DNA from: Octopus vulgaris | Lineage: Eukaryota | Assembly: GCA_951406725.2 (NCBI GenBank) | Contig: OX597825.1 | Coordinates: forward strand, 35,836,001 to 35,900,000 | Length of the DNA stretch: 64,000 nucleotides | Direction: 5' to 3' | Part shown: positions 14,885-27,851 of the stretch, one piece after another | Layout of the letters: the number at the start of each line of letters is the position of its first letter | Numbering within the stretch: position 1 is the first letter of the stretch | The notes under the pieces: model-generated | What the model was told of the DNA's origin: nothing | Seen by the model: the letters and a program-made list of their open reading frames with translations, nothing else | Databases searched by the model: none | Translations under genes and position numbers: made by a program

Positions 14885-16365
14885 CAAATGATGTTCAAGG
14901 TGTTATGATGTCCAAGGTGTCAAATGATATGTCAGAAAGGGTGTGCTGTGGGGTTTTTTCATATATGTTGGCCAGGTTAACAATACTGGGATTGCTGAAA
15001 GCAGAGCAGTATTGTTTTTACAGAATCTCAACCATGTCTTCTGCAGTATTATGGAGAGTGTTGTCATTAGCAATCAGAGGTTTGACAGATGAGACAGTGA
15101 CCTTATATTTTTTGATGAAAGAGAAGAAAACTTTGCGATTGAGTTTAATTTTCTCAATGGTCCACTTCTCAGTTATTCTCCCATTGGTAATGAGACTTCA
15201 AACAGTTTTGGTCTAGTAGAGCTACATCTGACAGATGGGAGTGATGCAGCTGGCAATATTTTAGTCTGTTGATTTTCTTATTTATTCTTTTTATTTTTCT
15301 CACAAGCGACTTTTTATTTTTTTTAGGCAGCCGGCATTCTGTTTTGTCCATGGACCATAGTGTAGTGTGGTGTGAACATGTGTATGTGACAGTGTCCACA
15401 AATAACTGCCACAATGCAGAAATGCTACTTGGGGAGAGAGAATCTGAGAAAGACCAATCAACAAGCGAAAGATCGTCTGTGATTTCCTTCCAACTAGCCT
15501 TGTGGAGATCCAAGAGATCAAAAGGGTGCGCTGGTGTGTGATAGTCAGGTTTTTCTCTAGGTTACTGAAACCTCAGGCTACTAAGAACCATATCACAGTC
15601 TGAGAGAAGAGTTTTCTCCACTGTAATATCATGGATAGTGTTTGTGTGGTTTCTTAACACTAAGTCCAGGGTGTTTTTGTTGAATCTCGTAGGCACGACG
15701 AGCACGAGTTGAGACAGGAAGAATTCATCCATGAATTTGGACAGTGATTTCACTGCTGCTTTCTCTGGGGTTGAAATGTACAGCCCTGTTTACAGTGTAT
15801 GTGTAGTCCAGTCAATACACGGGAGATTGAAATCACCCATCATTAAAATGCTAACAGTTTTGCACTGGTTGATGAAAGACTTGGCTTGGCTTTCTTGAGC
15901 TATTCATTGAAGCATCGTAGTGGTGCTTAGATTGGCCTGTAGAGACTAATTATCACTAAGTCGTTTGTTTTACTATATAAGGATACTAATTCACAGTAAC
16001 CATTGGAGAATGAAATATCTGTATCTGCAGTAAATGAATCGTGCAAGAAAATGGCAACCCTCCCCATTCTTCTGCCAATATGGTCTGCCTGAATGGTGGT
16101 AAAATTTTTACTTTCAATTCAGCTTCCAGGTGAAAGTTATCAAGGTGAGTTTCAGTAAGGACAAAGAAGGGAATGTGCTGTGGGTGATAGTCAGGTTTTT
16201 CTCAGACTGCAAGGAAACCTCAGATTGCAAAGGACCATATTGTGATCTGAGAAGAGTTTTCTCTACAGTAATATCATGGATAGCGTTTGTATGGTTACTT
16301 AACATGAAGTCCAGGGTAATTTTGCTGAATCTCATAGACAGAAACATGAGTTGAGATAGGAAGGA
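14885..16365 (-). pseudogene. Decayed CR1/L2-group LINE (endonuclease region), with a partial internal duplication
   Basis: Minus-strand motifs MGDFNLPCIDW, PTRFNKNTLDLVL and LSDCDMV with stops and frameshifts. About 16170-16365 repeats about 15530-15725. Confidence 0.8.
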
Positions 16366-17646
16366 CTAATGCCTTGAGCATTCAGTAGAAATGTTGACAC
16401 AAGAATAATGGCTTGATTGCAATTAAAAATGGGTGTCAAAAAAAAAAGGTTTATGGCTTAATGGCAGCGAGGAGGAGAGTTTCTTCTCTAGAGTAGTAAC
16501 AGAGGCTGGTGCTGTGTGGTAGCCAAGACACTTTTCCAGATCTCTTTTTGTCAGGTTGCATATAGATAAAAAAGAATTTATCTGGTTAAGAAGTATTTGG
16601 TGGCTGGTGTTGTGCTTACACTGACTGTTTGCTCGGTTGTTTGTGTTATTTTTGTTTCACTGAGATTTCTCCTGCTTTTTGGGGATGATGGGAAAGTTTG
16701 TGCCAGTACTGCTACAATAGGGTGGTTTTTTGTAGAATCTGGTGTTGAATGGGTGTATATGTATATATATATACACACCAAGTAAGTTAGGGGTTGTGAA
16801 TCCAACCCACTAAGGGATAATATGTATCCAATATACTGTTGGTACAATACCCAAATTATTAATACACAAGTGTTTTTAATTGCAATGCAATTAACTTACT
16901 TATTGTATTAAATGAGTGAAGGTAAAGAAATATTTTACCATTAATTTATAAACAAATATAAGAAAATGGAGAAACAATTTAGTTGGTTCATCAGCTTTAA
17001 GATTTTAGAATGTTGACTTATTTATTTATTTAACAAAAACGAGAACCTTAATAACATACATATATATATTATAATTCAATACATATAAGATAAGAATACA
17101 ATTATAAAAATCTTAATATAAATTATTGAAATCATTATAATTAATAATATTAGGGTAATAAAGATTTTAGAAATTTTTACTACCAGTAGCCTAGCATATA
17201 GAAAAATTAGTCAATAGACTATATATTATTCATATAAGATACAGTGTACATTTAAACACATTAAGAGGTTTCCATCATAGGAATGAAACCATGGTCCAGG
17301 AAAGAGATGGTAAATGTTTTTATGTTTCATTCCCTTCGAAAATTTTTCCCTAGTTAGTGGTTTGGACTTTAGCTGTTCTTTCTAGCATAAAGGATTCCTA
17401 TGATGGAAAATCTTAATGTGTTTAAATGTACACTGTCTCTGATATATATATATATATATATACATACACGCGCACGAATGCACACACGCACACATATATA
17501 TATAGATATATATACATATATATATATACATACACACATATATATATATACATACATGCGCACGCATGCACACACACACGCATGCACATATATAGATATA
17601 TATACACCTATATATATATATATATACACACACATACATATATATT

Positions 17647-18914
17647 AGGTCATCAAGTATGAAATTTGTAGTAAGGTATATGGTAAACTTTGACAGCTGC
17701 TCATTTTACACCATTACTATATTTTGACAATTCTAATTTTTTGTTAGAAAGCTGACACATCTATTTCTTTATTCTAACTCATTTTGTGCTGTATAAAGTA
17801 TTCATAAATCGTTTTTGCTATTTTTGTTTAGAGATGGAGAAGTCAGAAATTCATAGTTTTGAAATATGAGTTCTTCCTTGGAAATACAGCATCACAGACA
17901 GCTCAGAATATTAATGGGGTATTTCATTCTAATGTTATTACACAGCAGACAGTATCAAATTGGTTTGTAAAATTTCATTCTGGTAACTTTCACCTCACAA
18001 ATGAGCAATGAGGTTGACTAGAAACAAAGGTGGATAATGACAAACTGAAAGCCACCATTGAATCAGATCCATTTCAAAGTGCCCGTGAATTATCTTTGTT
18101 GTTTGGTGTTAGCAAGCAAGCAATATTAACTCACCTAGTTTAAATCGGTAAAATGAAAAAGTTGGATAAGTGGTTTCCACATGAACTCAATGAAAATCAG
18201 AAACAATAATGTTTGGAAGCCTGCATTATGCTAGTTTCTCTTCACAAAAATGAATCATTTTTTGAATTGAATTGTAACATGTGATGAGAAACGGATCCCA
18301 TGCAACAACCATAAACTTTTAGCACAATGGTTGGACAAAGAGGAGCCACCAAAACATAGTCCAAAAAGCAAAATTCATCAAAAGAAGCTGGTAGTGTGTG
18401 TTTGGTGGTCTAGTGCAAATGTGATCCATTATGATTTCATTAAACCTGGCTCATCAATCATGGCTGAAATATACTGCAGCCAACTGGACCAAATGATACA
18501 AAATCTTACAAAAAATAGCCTAGATTAGTCAACAGACCCACTTCTATTTTATTGCAAGACAATGCCAGACCACATGTTACAAAAATGACATTGGCGAAAC
18601 TACAGGAGTTGGAGTTGGAAGTTCTCCATCATCCACCCGATCTTGCCTCCATTGACTACCACTTCTTCCAGAATTTGGATAACTTTTTGATAGGAAAAAA
18701 ATTTAATTCCAACGATGTTGTAAAACAGGTCTTCCAAGATTTTACTGACTCTTGATTGCCAGGCTTTTACAGTTCTGTGCTGGACAAGTTACCACTGAAA
18801 TGGCAAAAGTGTATTGACAATATGGGTGTCAATTTGATGAATAAAACTATTCCTTGTATTTATAAAACATTAGCAAACTTTCTTTTCTTTTCTACAAATT
18901 TCATACTTGACGAC

Positions 18915-18916
<2 letters not shown>
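17647..18916 (+). mobile_element. Full-length decayed mariner (DD34D-type) transposon
   Basis: 25-bp TIRs aggtcatcaagtatgaaatttgtag and ctacaaatttcatacttgacgacct. Transposase remnants WFPHEL, TCDEK, QDNARPH, PPDLASIDYHFF with multiple stops. Confidence 0.93.
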
Positions 18917-18968
<52 letters not shown>

Positions 18969-19865
18969 TATGTATGTATGTATATATATATAGCCAATGC
19001 AAATAAACAAACAATTCAAATAAATGGATAAAAAATGAAAAAAAGAAAAGCAACAAATGTGAGGACATGTATAAGATGTATATTAGCTTGATGCTTGATA
19101 AAAGGAGAGAGCCATATCAGGTCAATATGATGTAGCCCACTACCAAATGTAGTGTGCAAATGTAACGCTTAAAGGTTCTCACATCAGAGTAACCAGTGAA
19201 CATCGAAGAATCAACACCAAGAAGGAAGAAATATTATTTATATATATTTATTCATTTGCCCAACAGGTAGTCAGAAATACAGCAGTAATTGTAGTGGCTG
19301 TGACAACAAGTTTGCTCACTGGTTGTTGATGATAGTGTAGAAGTTGCTGTCTGCCAGTAGAGAGTGAAAGAATAGAGAATGCACGGTGCTGACTAAGAAG
19401 GATAAAGGGGGAATCGCCTTTCTTGTGGCCGAAAGCTTCTCGTTGTATGCTGGGCAAAGGGTGAAGGAAAAGTACTGCTCTTGATCATGGCTGACCCAAA
19501 AGAGGGTGTTGCACCTTTGTCTGGCTGACACAAAAAAGGGAGAGATAGGAAATGCTCTCTGTTATATAGACTATGATCAGTAATGTAGGTCAAACCCTAA
19601 ACAAAGGATTGACCTTTCCTTGACCAGCACAGGTCCTTGTGGGTCAAGAGTTTCCCCATCAATCATCTGGTATGGAGAGGATTACTCTGATCATTTTGAC
19701 AAGCACAAGCAGGGCCAAGTGAGGTCCCTACAGAATGATACAAGAGAAAGACATAGGGAGTGTATAAAATCAAAAATAATGAGGGAAATATACTATGATA
19801 AAATTTATTTTACCATTGAAAATTCATATTTAATAACAATTGTTTCACAGCTTAACAAACATGTA

Positions 19866-20152
19866 ACCTTTTATTCTTTTACTTGTTTCAGTCATTTGAT
19901 TGTGGCCATGCTGGAGCACCATGTTTAAAGGGTTTTAGTTAAAGAAATCAACCCCAGGACTTATTCTCTGTAAGCCTAGAACTTATTCTATCAGTCTCTT
20001 TTGCTGAATTGCTAAGTTACATGGACATAAACACACAAACATCAGTTGTCAAGTGCTGGTAGGAGGAGGGGCAAACAGATACACATATATACACACATAA
20101 GCAGCTTCCATCTAATAAATCCACTCACAAGGCTTTGGTCGGCCTGAGGCTA
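19866..20152 (-). mobile_element. SINE family A (partial)
   Basis: Reverse complement of the family A tail (ttttacttgtttcagtcatttg...gccatgctggagcacc) and body. Confidence 0.82.
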
Positions 20153-21699
20153 TATTAAAGGAAACAAGTAAAAGAATAAAAGGTTACATGTTTGTTAAGC
20201 TGTGAAACAATTGTCCAGGGGGCCATACGAAATCCAAGTTAAAAATCCCCTCAACGTAACATTTCAAGAATGCAGAGTCAATATTTTCTTTTAATGAAAA
20301 AATATTTTAAATATTGACTCTGCATTCTTGAAAATATCATTGAAATTAATATCTCCGAAAATACATGTATACATTTTCAAGGCAATGAATAATTATGAGT
20401 GTCTGATTGTTGGATATAGTTAACCAAATTCATTTAAAACTGAGTGCTTTATTGATATCTGCCTAGATTTTTTAATCCTTTTTTTTCTTTTTTTCTTGTG
20501 TGTGTGTGTGTGTGTGTGTGTGTGCATGTGTGTAAAATGAGTGAAAATAATGAAGGCATTTATATTCAATATAAAGCAACAAAGGAAAATTCAATTGTCA
20601 GTAACTGAGGGTGGTATGCAGCACCTATATTGCTAGAGCTGCAAGGAAGCACATTTTCATATACTGACAGGGGAGATAACCACCCCATAAGCGAAGCTAG
20701 ATCACTAGACTAGACCAGTTTCAACTGTAAACTTTTAGGCTCATCAGTGATGACTACTCCATCACCAAATAGTTTGGCTAAGTCTAGATTGTCAGTATAT
20801 ATATTTATTATACAAATTTATGGCTGATTTAGAGAAATGCTAATGTGAAAATTACAAAATAACGAAGGCAGCTATATGCAATATAAAATCAAAAAGGAAA
20901 AATTCGATTGTCACTATACTATTGTAGAAATCACTTGCCCAAGATGTCATGCAGTGAGACATATTCCTGGAATATGTGGTTGAGCAGCAAGGTTGTTACC
21001 ACACAGTCCTACACACACACACAAGCATATTTATGTATACATCTGTCACAAAATGCCGCCTCCCTTCTGTACCAACATGACTTCAACGGTAAAAGTTAGC
21101 AGTAAGGAAACAGCAGACAAACCCAGCAAACCAACTTGCCCAGAAAAGAAGTCCTGCACAGCTAGGTGTCTTCAAAACACATGGAATGTCATTCTTTGTA
21201 CTTGATTTCACACCGACTGATTTCTGCTTACAACTTGTCTGCACATGATGACTAGGCCTTTCTTATATACTTGTGCTTTAACCTAGAATCTTATAAACAG
21301 TCATATGACTTCATAACTACTAGAAATTTATTCTTAAACAACTAGCTTCCAGGCCACTAGGTAAGTTCCACCCTACCATACATCACCTGACCAAATGAGA
21401 CATGTCATTTATCACAGAACATAATTCTGGAATTTTCTTTCATACTATGACATGATGCAATATTACAGAGTTGTAAACAACAAAAACTAAACAAGGTCAC
21501 AAATTTACCATAGAAAATCATAGTTATGTTAACGCAAACATAACTTATTCTCTCATTCATAACACATCTACACATGTTAATACATGCATGTGTGTGTATG
21601 TGAATGTGTTATCCTTTATTTGGAAAATGAAATAAGGATCAAGATCAGAAAGGAGCAAGTATGGAAATACCAATTAAAATAAAAGAAAGTAAAAAAAAA

Positions 21700-22080
21700 A
21701 AAAACAGAAAAAAACAAAGGATATCTACAACAATATAGCAAGATAAAATATCAAATGTCAAAATCTTAGGAAAATATATCTCCAGCATCCAAAACATGCT
21801 TTGGATAATTCAGTGCAAGATGGGTAGGACATGTGTTTGAATAAAAGATGACCACATTCCATAAATTCTTTTGTTTGGTCAACAAGTGGAGGGATATCAT
21901 GGCAAAGGAAGACCTGTCCTTAGGTATAAGGCTAAAAAATCTGTACAGCTTGACATGGCATCTTGGGAAAGTCACTGCCTAAATGAATCTGCATGGCATA
22001 AAATGTGTCATGAAGCATGAAAATAATTTGAGTTGAAGGAAAATAAAAATGAAAAAACTATATCTTGCAACCAACAGACA
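21700..22080 (+). pseudogene. Decayed RTE (BovB-like) ORF2 C-terminal fragment
   Basis: Frame reads DDHIP*ILLFGQQVEGYHGKGRPVLRYK, resembling the RTE consensus RIPKQLLYGEL..G.R..GRP.LRYKD. Confidence 0.6.
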
Positions 22081-22319
22081 CATATTCCCAATCCCAGGCA
22101 AAATCAAAATCAATGTCCCCATTGCAAAATCCATACCTGGACTAAAATTACATTCATGCATCCATCACAAGTAGATGCAGCTTCCTTTGTTCTTTAATTT
22201 CTAAAAGCTGTTTTCTCTCTCTTTCTCTTTTTTTTATTTTTCTAAAATCCTCTCCTTCAAACACTCATACGTAGAGATCGTCAGGAGCAACCATCATATC
22301 TATATCTATATCGATATAT

Positions 22320-22622
22320 ACCAGAGTAAGTAGATAAATGCAAAACAAGATGGAAAAAATAGTACTCGAATACCAGAGGTAGAGTAATCTGCTTTATTAA
22401 TAAAGCAGCAAAGACATCACAAAAACTGTTACTCAGAGTTTCACGTTTTTATATGTGTGCATTTGCAAGCTGGTGCATTTGGAAGCTGACCAAGATATCT
22501 AACATTTCTTAGATACTTTTCAGGAACACTCTACCATACTAAACCAAAATTGTCGGACGAACAGACATGTGAAACTCTGAGTAACAGTTTTTGTGATGTC
22601 TTTGCAGCTTTATTAATAAAGT
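22320..22622. mobile_element. Penelope-like fold-back remnant with a degenerate minimal hammerhead (22550-22587, +)
   Basis: About 22392-22447 and 22568-22621 are inverted repeats. Motif: ttgt-CGGACGA-aca gaca tgt-GAAA-ctctgag-TA-acag (core U4 changed to G). Confidence 0.68.
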
Positions 22623-22633
22623 ATCTATCTATA

Positions 22634-23635
22634 TCACTATATATATAAAAGGCAGTTTGTCTGTCTGTGTGTCTGTCAGGTTGTACCCACACCCTGACCA
22701 CGGCTTTCAACCGATTCTGATGAAACTTGACACACACATAGCCCAATGTCATAATTCAAAACTAACACAGCCAGCGAAAATTTTGAAAAGTTCCCCCAGT
22801 TCTGAAAAAAATCGATAAATTTGACATGGGGTCGAGAATCTAAGCTTATCATATGCAATACATTTTCCGTTGTAGTTTTCGCAACTTGCAATCGATTTTC
22901 ACCAAACTCATGGTGAAGCTTAATGTTACCCTAAGGAACTTAATTCTGACGTTAGTTTTCCATGCAATACCTTACCATCAGAAAAAATCGATAAAATCAT
23001 GCCGATTTTTCTGCGATATTTTTGAAAGTTCACATAGATTTTCCCTACAACGATGTTGGACATCAAGTTTGCATTAAATGTCAAACTAACAACCTTTAGT
23101 CAAAGCAGTTAACAAGTATTGGGAGAAATAGACAAAACCATATCACTTTGAGACCGACCATGCGAACCCTACAAAACTGACTTTTGTTAAATAGTTGGCG
23201 GATTTCAGGCGATTTAGTCGATTTTTGCCGCTTTTATCATAAAGGTTACTAGAAATGGCATATGTTTTCCTTTTGCTTCAAATCCGAGCAATGTTGGGCT
23301 GTAGATGTGTTAAGTTAGGATTAGGTAGGGCTTAGCTGTGGTCCGAACCCAACTTGGGTTCGGGGTGGGGGGTCAAAAGGGCCGGCATGTGCAACCTTAT
23401 CACCTCTGCCTGTCAAACTCCCAACCCAAGCGTTCCCATCGCGACACTGATCCCACAGAACTGGGTTGGGTGTGCTAAACAAAACCAGAAAATGCGCTTT
23501 GACTGTCATAGATTTTCTTCTGCCTTTTAGGCTTCATTTCACAAAATAATGGTTCAATGAGTACAAAAAAGGGTAAAAAGGTAAAGGGCATTGCTTATCG
23601 ACAAAGTTTCTTACATACCCGGGCAATGCTGCTAG
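22634..23635 (+). mobile_element. Non-autonomous Helitron
   Basis: 5' TC..tatatataaaag and 3' cccgggcaatgctgCTAG followed by T. Confidence 0.7.
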
Positions 23636-23651
23636 TATATATATATATATA

Positions 23652-24440
23652 TCTATTTATAAAACTGAAATGCGAAAAGTTTGTTTGTTTGTTTGTCTGG
23701 AACGGTTTAAAGGCCACTACATCCCGTCAGATTGACTCCAAAATTTACAGGGACATGTAAAATGAGGTGAGGATGTTAGTGGGCTAGGTTAGAAATCCCT
23801 ATCTTAAAAGGTGTCGTTGCTAGGGCCAAAAACGCACTTTGACAAGTCGACTCACATTCTTTTATGTATCTGTCTTCCTCCGTCACTCACTATCTTTCCT
23901 CCCTTCCCATCACTTTCTATATATAACGTCGATAACGGCGTCTAACAGCGCTTTCACACTATCTCTCTCTCTCTACATCTGTCTGCATTCATAGACAGAA
24001 TTATCATCGCCACCACCACCACACAATCATGACAACAAATATTATGAATCAGATACTTATTCGGTTCATTTATATATGTGTGTGTGTTCTATATATAAAT
24101 ATGTATATATAATGTATATATACAAAGTGTATATATCTGTATTTATGTATATTAAACTTTTTAATACTTTTTGATAGTTATATATATTTTTTTAAAATTA
24201 TAAATATAAATTAATAATTTTAATTTTAAATTTAAATAATTTAATTTTTTTAATTTTATATTTTATATATTTTGTACATTATATTTTTATTTTTATGTTT
24301 TGGGTTATGTTTTTCACTGTTTAATTTGCCTAATAGTGGTTTTATCTCTAATTTAATTTATATATATATATAATTTGTATACATTTGTATATATATAATG
24401 CGTACACACACACACATATATATATATATACATATAATGC

Positions 24441-24477
<37 letters not shown>

Positions 24478-25345
24478 GTGTGCATTATGTGGTCGGTTGT
24501 GCTGAAAATATGCACACCTATGTTAAAAGTGCTGGCAAGCTTGCATGACAACTATTTTTTTCCTCAAATGAAAGGCATGACCTTTAGGACAAAATTCCTC
24601 ATCTTATAAAATGTGGCCCGAGTAGACCTGAATGAAATCGGGTTATATTAACCAAAATGTGAAAAGGGGTCTAAATGGGGCTGGAAGGTGATTAAAATTT
24701 ACAGGAGCGGGTGTTTAGGAATTCTCTGTTACATCAAGCTAAAAAATTTGCGCTAGCCTTTAAATCGTTAATGTGTTGTCGTCCATGATGAAGAAGTTTT
24801 GAATGCTTGCCATGGTGAGTTTACTGTCATGAGAAAGAATCACTTCAAAATTTGGTGTTTAGGAATTTTCTTTTACAACAAGTTCAAAATTTTACGCCAG
24901 CCATTAAACTGCCACTACGTTGCTATCCGTCGTTAAGAAATGCCAGCCATGGTGACTCTACTATCCTCACATTCTATCCCTTCAAACTTTGGTTTCCAAT
25001 ATTTTTTTTTATTTTTATTCAGCTCGCAAGTTCGTCTGTCCCTTTTAAATGTTAGTGTTTTGCTGTCTGCCTTGAAGCAGATCTTTCCGTTGTCACTGCC
25101 TGATATTTATCATTGATCTTTCAAAATATTTTACTTTCTCAACTTACTTAAGATCTTTTGTTGTTTATAAATGGGAGAGAGATAGAGAGTAAGAGAAAGC
25201 GAGGGAGAGTCCGAGAGAAAGGAAGAGTAAGAGAGTGGGAAAATGAGAGAGAAAGGAGAGAGAAACAGAGGGAGAATGTGGTGATAAAAAACAGAAAGTA
25301 AGAACCACACTCTTACCCGCGCGTAGAGCGGGTCACCTTAAGCTA

Positions 25346-25346
<1 letters not shown>
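23652..25346 (+). mobile_element. Non-autonomous Helitron
   Basis: 5' TCtatttataaaac; 3' hairpin acccgc-gcgtaga-gcgggt then CTAG; sits at an A/T site. Confidence 0.75.
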
Positions 25347-25380
<34 letters not shown>

Positions 25381-26036
25381 CAAAGGTTACATGAATAAAA
25401 GAGTTTAATATTTAAATATCGTGTGTGTGTGTGTGTGTGTGAAATTGATAAATATCGTGTGTGTGTGTGTGAAATTGATAAATATAATTTACGATAAAAA
25501 TTTGGTTTGATTTTGATTAAAATGCTAGCAACTTCAGAGCTCACTGGCCTTCGCTAGCATTTAGTATCTCTACCACTCCCATAATCATTTTATTCTTCTT
25601 TATTAAGCGTGACCAATAGGAAATGCGTTTTGAGAACATGAAAGTGCATAGACGTAAAGAAAACAGGTTATTTAGGAAGATAAGATAAAAATTCAATGGT
25701 TTTAAAAAACATTCTGATTTTTTTTTTTTTTTTTTTTTTTAAGATCAAAGGTCTTTATCAGCTATTGAAGCATAATGTCTACCCTAAAGAGTTTCGAAGC
25801 CACGTTTTTAACCACCACGACTAGCCAAGGCGACAAAACTGTTACTCAACACAGTAGAATTCTCCTTGACCACACACTTCATCTTGAAACAAAAAATACA
25901 CAATTAGCTAATGTAATTCAAATGACTAGAAAAAGGAGTGATAATGACCAAATGTTTTTGATCAGAAGTCCGCTCGAATAGGTCTGACCTGGGACACCAG
26001 TGAAACCAATGCTGATAATGATAAAAATTTACTTAC

Positions 26037-26328
26037 TCTTCTTGATTGGCATTTGCTGACAGTCGTCAAAAGATGAATTGACGTGGACACAGGTTGAACT
26101 AGCCATAGACCATACATGATGTGATGGACACTCTGGCATTGATATCGGTTGACCGAAAAAGCAGAAGTAAAACTTGTTACAGTTTTCGGAGTGTCTTACC
26201 CATTTTGTTGGTTCGTTTGAAGTACAAGGATAAATTGGATAGTTCATAAGATATGACGTTCGCACACACATGAGTAGAAACAGAGAGCAGAGCAGTAGAT
26301 TACTGCTGCGATGAAGGTGTAAATACAT
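26037..26328 (-). CDS. First coding exon of a secreted chitin-binding (peritrophin-A/CBM14) protein
   Basis: ATG at 26328; hydrophobic signal-like stretch NLLLCSLFLLMCV; domain PCTSNEPTKWVRHSENCNKFYFCFFGQPISMPECPSHHVWSMASSTCVHVNSSFDDC with 6 Cys; phase-1 donor A/gtaagt. Confidence 0.88.
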
Positions 26329-26538
26329 GTTGCTGAGAGGCAATGTTTTCACAGGAGAATTTTCGAGCGTCCTTTCAAATGAATAGAGGAAAGTCAAGAA
26401 CGTGCAACCACTTGTAAAAAACGAACAGAATGCATTCAGGTGCTAACTGCTGAAGTGAATACTTTAGAAATTAATTGGAGCATAACAAGCTATACGATTA
26501 CGTAAAGCTATAAAGACCCTATATATATGCATATAGGA

Positions 26539-26861
26539 TATTTTCACTTTCACCAGCAAGTCGAGAAATTAATTTTTTGTAACTAAACACTTTCAAGCTT
26601 TAGACACTGGTAGAATGTGTCATATAAAACATATTTTACTCTTAGCATTGTTTGTATTTATGAAGTTATTTCGTGTTAAAGTTGTCATATTTCGGTATTC
26701 AGCTGAATAAAATTATTGCTGTTGTTCGTCAACAACTATCGGCGGTGTCCATTTCGCTTGTCACTGTTATTTATGACATTATGCGTTTGTATTGGTTTTA
26801 GCTTTAGGGTTCTAAGATTAGGGTTAGGGTTTTAGGGTTAGGTTGTGAAAGTGAAAAGATC
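26539..26861. mobile_element. MITE, GATCTTTTC-terminus family, with internal TTAGGG-like repeats
   Basis: TIRs tattttcactttcac and gtgaaagtgaaaagat. The body aactaaacacttt...ctggtagaatgtgt is shared with the copies at 27411, 33830 and 39549. Confidence 0.72.
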
Positions 26862-26894
26862 ATATATATATATATATACACACACATACATATA

Positions 26895-27285
26895 TTATCT
26901 TTTCTTGTTTCAGTTATTAGACTGCGGCCATACTGGAGCACCGCCTTGCAATTTTAGTTAAATAAATCGACCCAGTACTTCTTTTTCAAACCTGGTACTT
27001 ATTATAACTTTTGCCTAACCGGTAAGTTACGGGGATACAAATACACCAACACTGGTTGTCAAGTGGGTGGGTGGGACAAACAGACGCAAAGACACACACA
27101 GATACATATTCATATATATACACGAAGGGCTTCTTTCAGTTTCCTTCAACCAAATCCACTCACAAGGCTTTGGTAGGCCTGAGGTTATAGTAGAAGATAT
27201 TTAGCCAAGGTGCCACGCAGAGGGACAGAACCAAGAACCATGTGGTTGGGAAGCAAGCTTCTTACCACACAACCACGCCTACGCA
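26895..27285 (-). mobile_element. SINE family A
   Basis: Full-length reverse complement of family A, tail near 26900 and head near 27283. Confidence 0.85.
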
Positions 27286-27294
27286 CACACACAC

Positions 27295-27370
<76 letters not shown>

Positions 27371-27410
27371 TGAGAAAAGAGGAGGTCGCCAGAATTTTTG
27401 GAAAAAGAAT

Positions 27411-27834
27411 GGATCTTTTCGGTTTGACCAGCAGTTTTTTTTTTAAATTTCCACGTAACTAAACACTTTTAAACTTCGTATACAGGTAGAATGTGTTTAT
27501 AAAACATCTTTTTCTCTTGGCTTTATTGAGAAAATTCTATAGTTTGTAAGATATTTGTTGTTTTTTCTTCAATTTCTGCAATTTCAACCAATCAATGACG
27601 TCTATTGAGGTGAAAACATTGTGCCATATGAATATGTCCCTCCTTTAAGAAACAGAGTGGGTTTATTTACATTTCTGAAGAAAAATGATACTCTTCCCCC
27701 CACCCCTAACTAACCATAACTCTAGCCCTAACCCTAAAACATTGAAATGCAAAAGATCAATACTGGGGTCATAATTATGGGTGACAATTTCATATGACAC
27801 CGCTAGAAAAAACTGCCGTTCAAACCGAAAAGCT
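27411..27834. mobile_element. MITE, GATCTTTTC-terminus family (nested)
   Basis: TIRs cttttcggtttgaccagcagttttt and aaaaactgccgttcaaaccgaaaag; internal ccctaac repeats. Confidence 0.78.
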
Positions 27835-27851
27835 TTTTTTAAATTTAATCA

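Noticed and set aside
16578-16847. Thr-rich minus-strand ORF as a mucin-like linker exon of the chitin-binding gene
   Set aside because: No convincing splice sites, and it lies directly upstream of a decayed LINE endonuclease on the same strand, so it is more likely LINE-derived.
19248-19928. Short ORFs on both strands
   Set aside because: No recognisable motifs or consistent splice signals.
20700-20755. Hammerhead-like CUGAUGA...GAAA on the minus strand
   Set aside because: The core boxes are present but stem I cannot be closed in register after the cleavage triplet; at best a decayed remnant.
26817-26842. Interstitial telomere or chromosome fusion site
   Set aside because: Only a few degenerate units, embedded in a repeated MITE.
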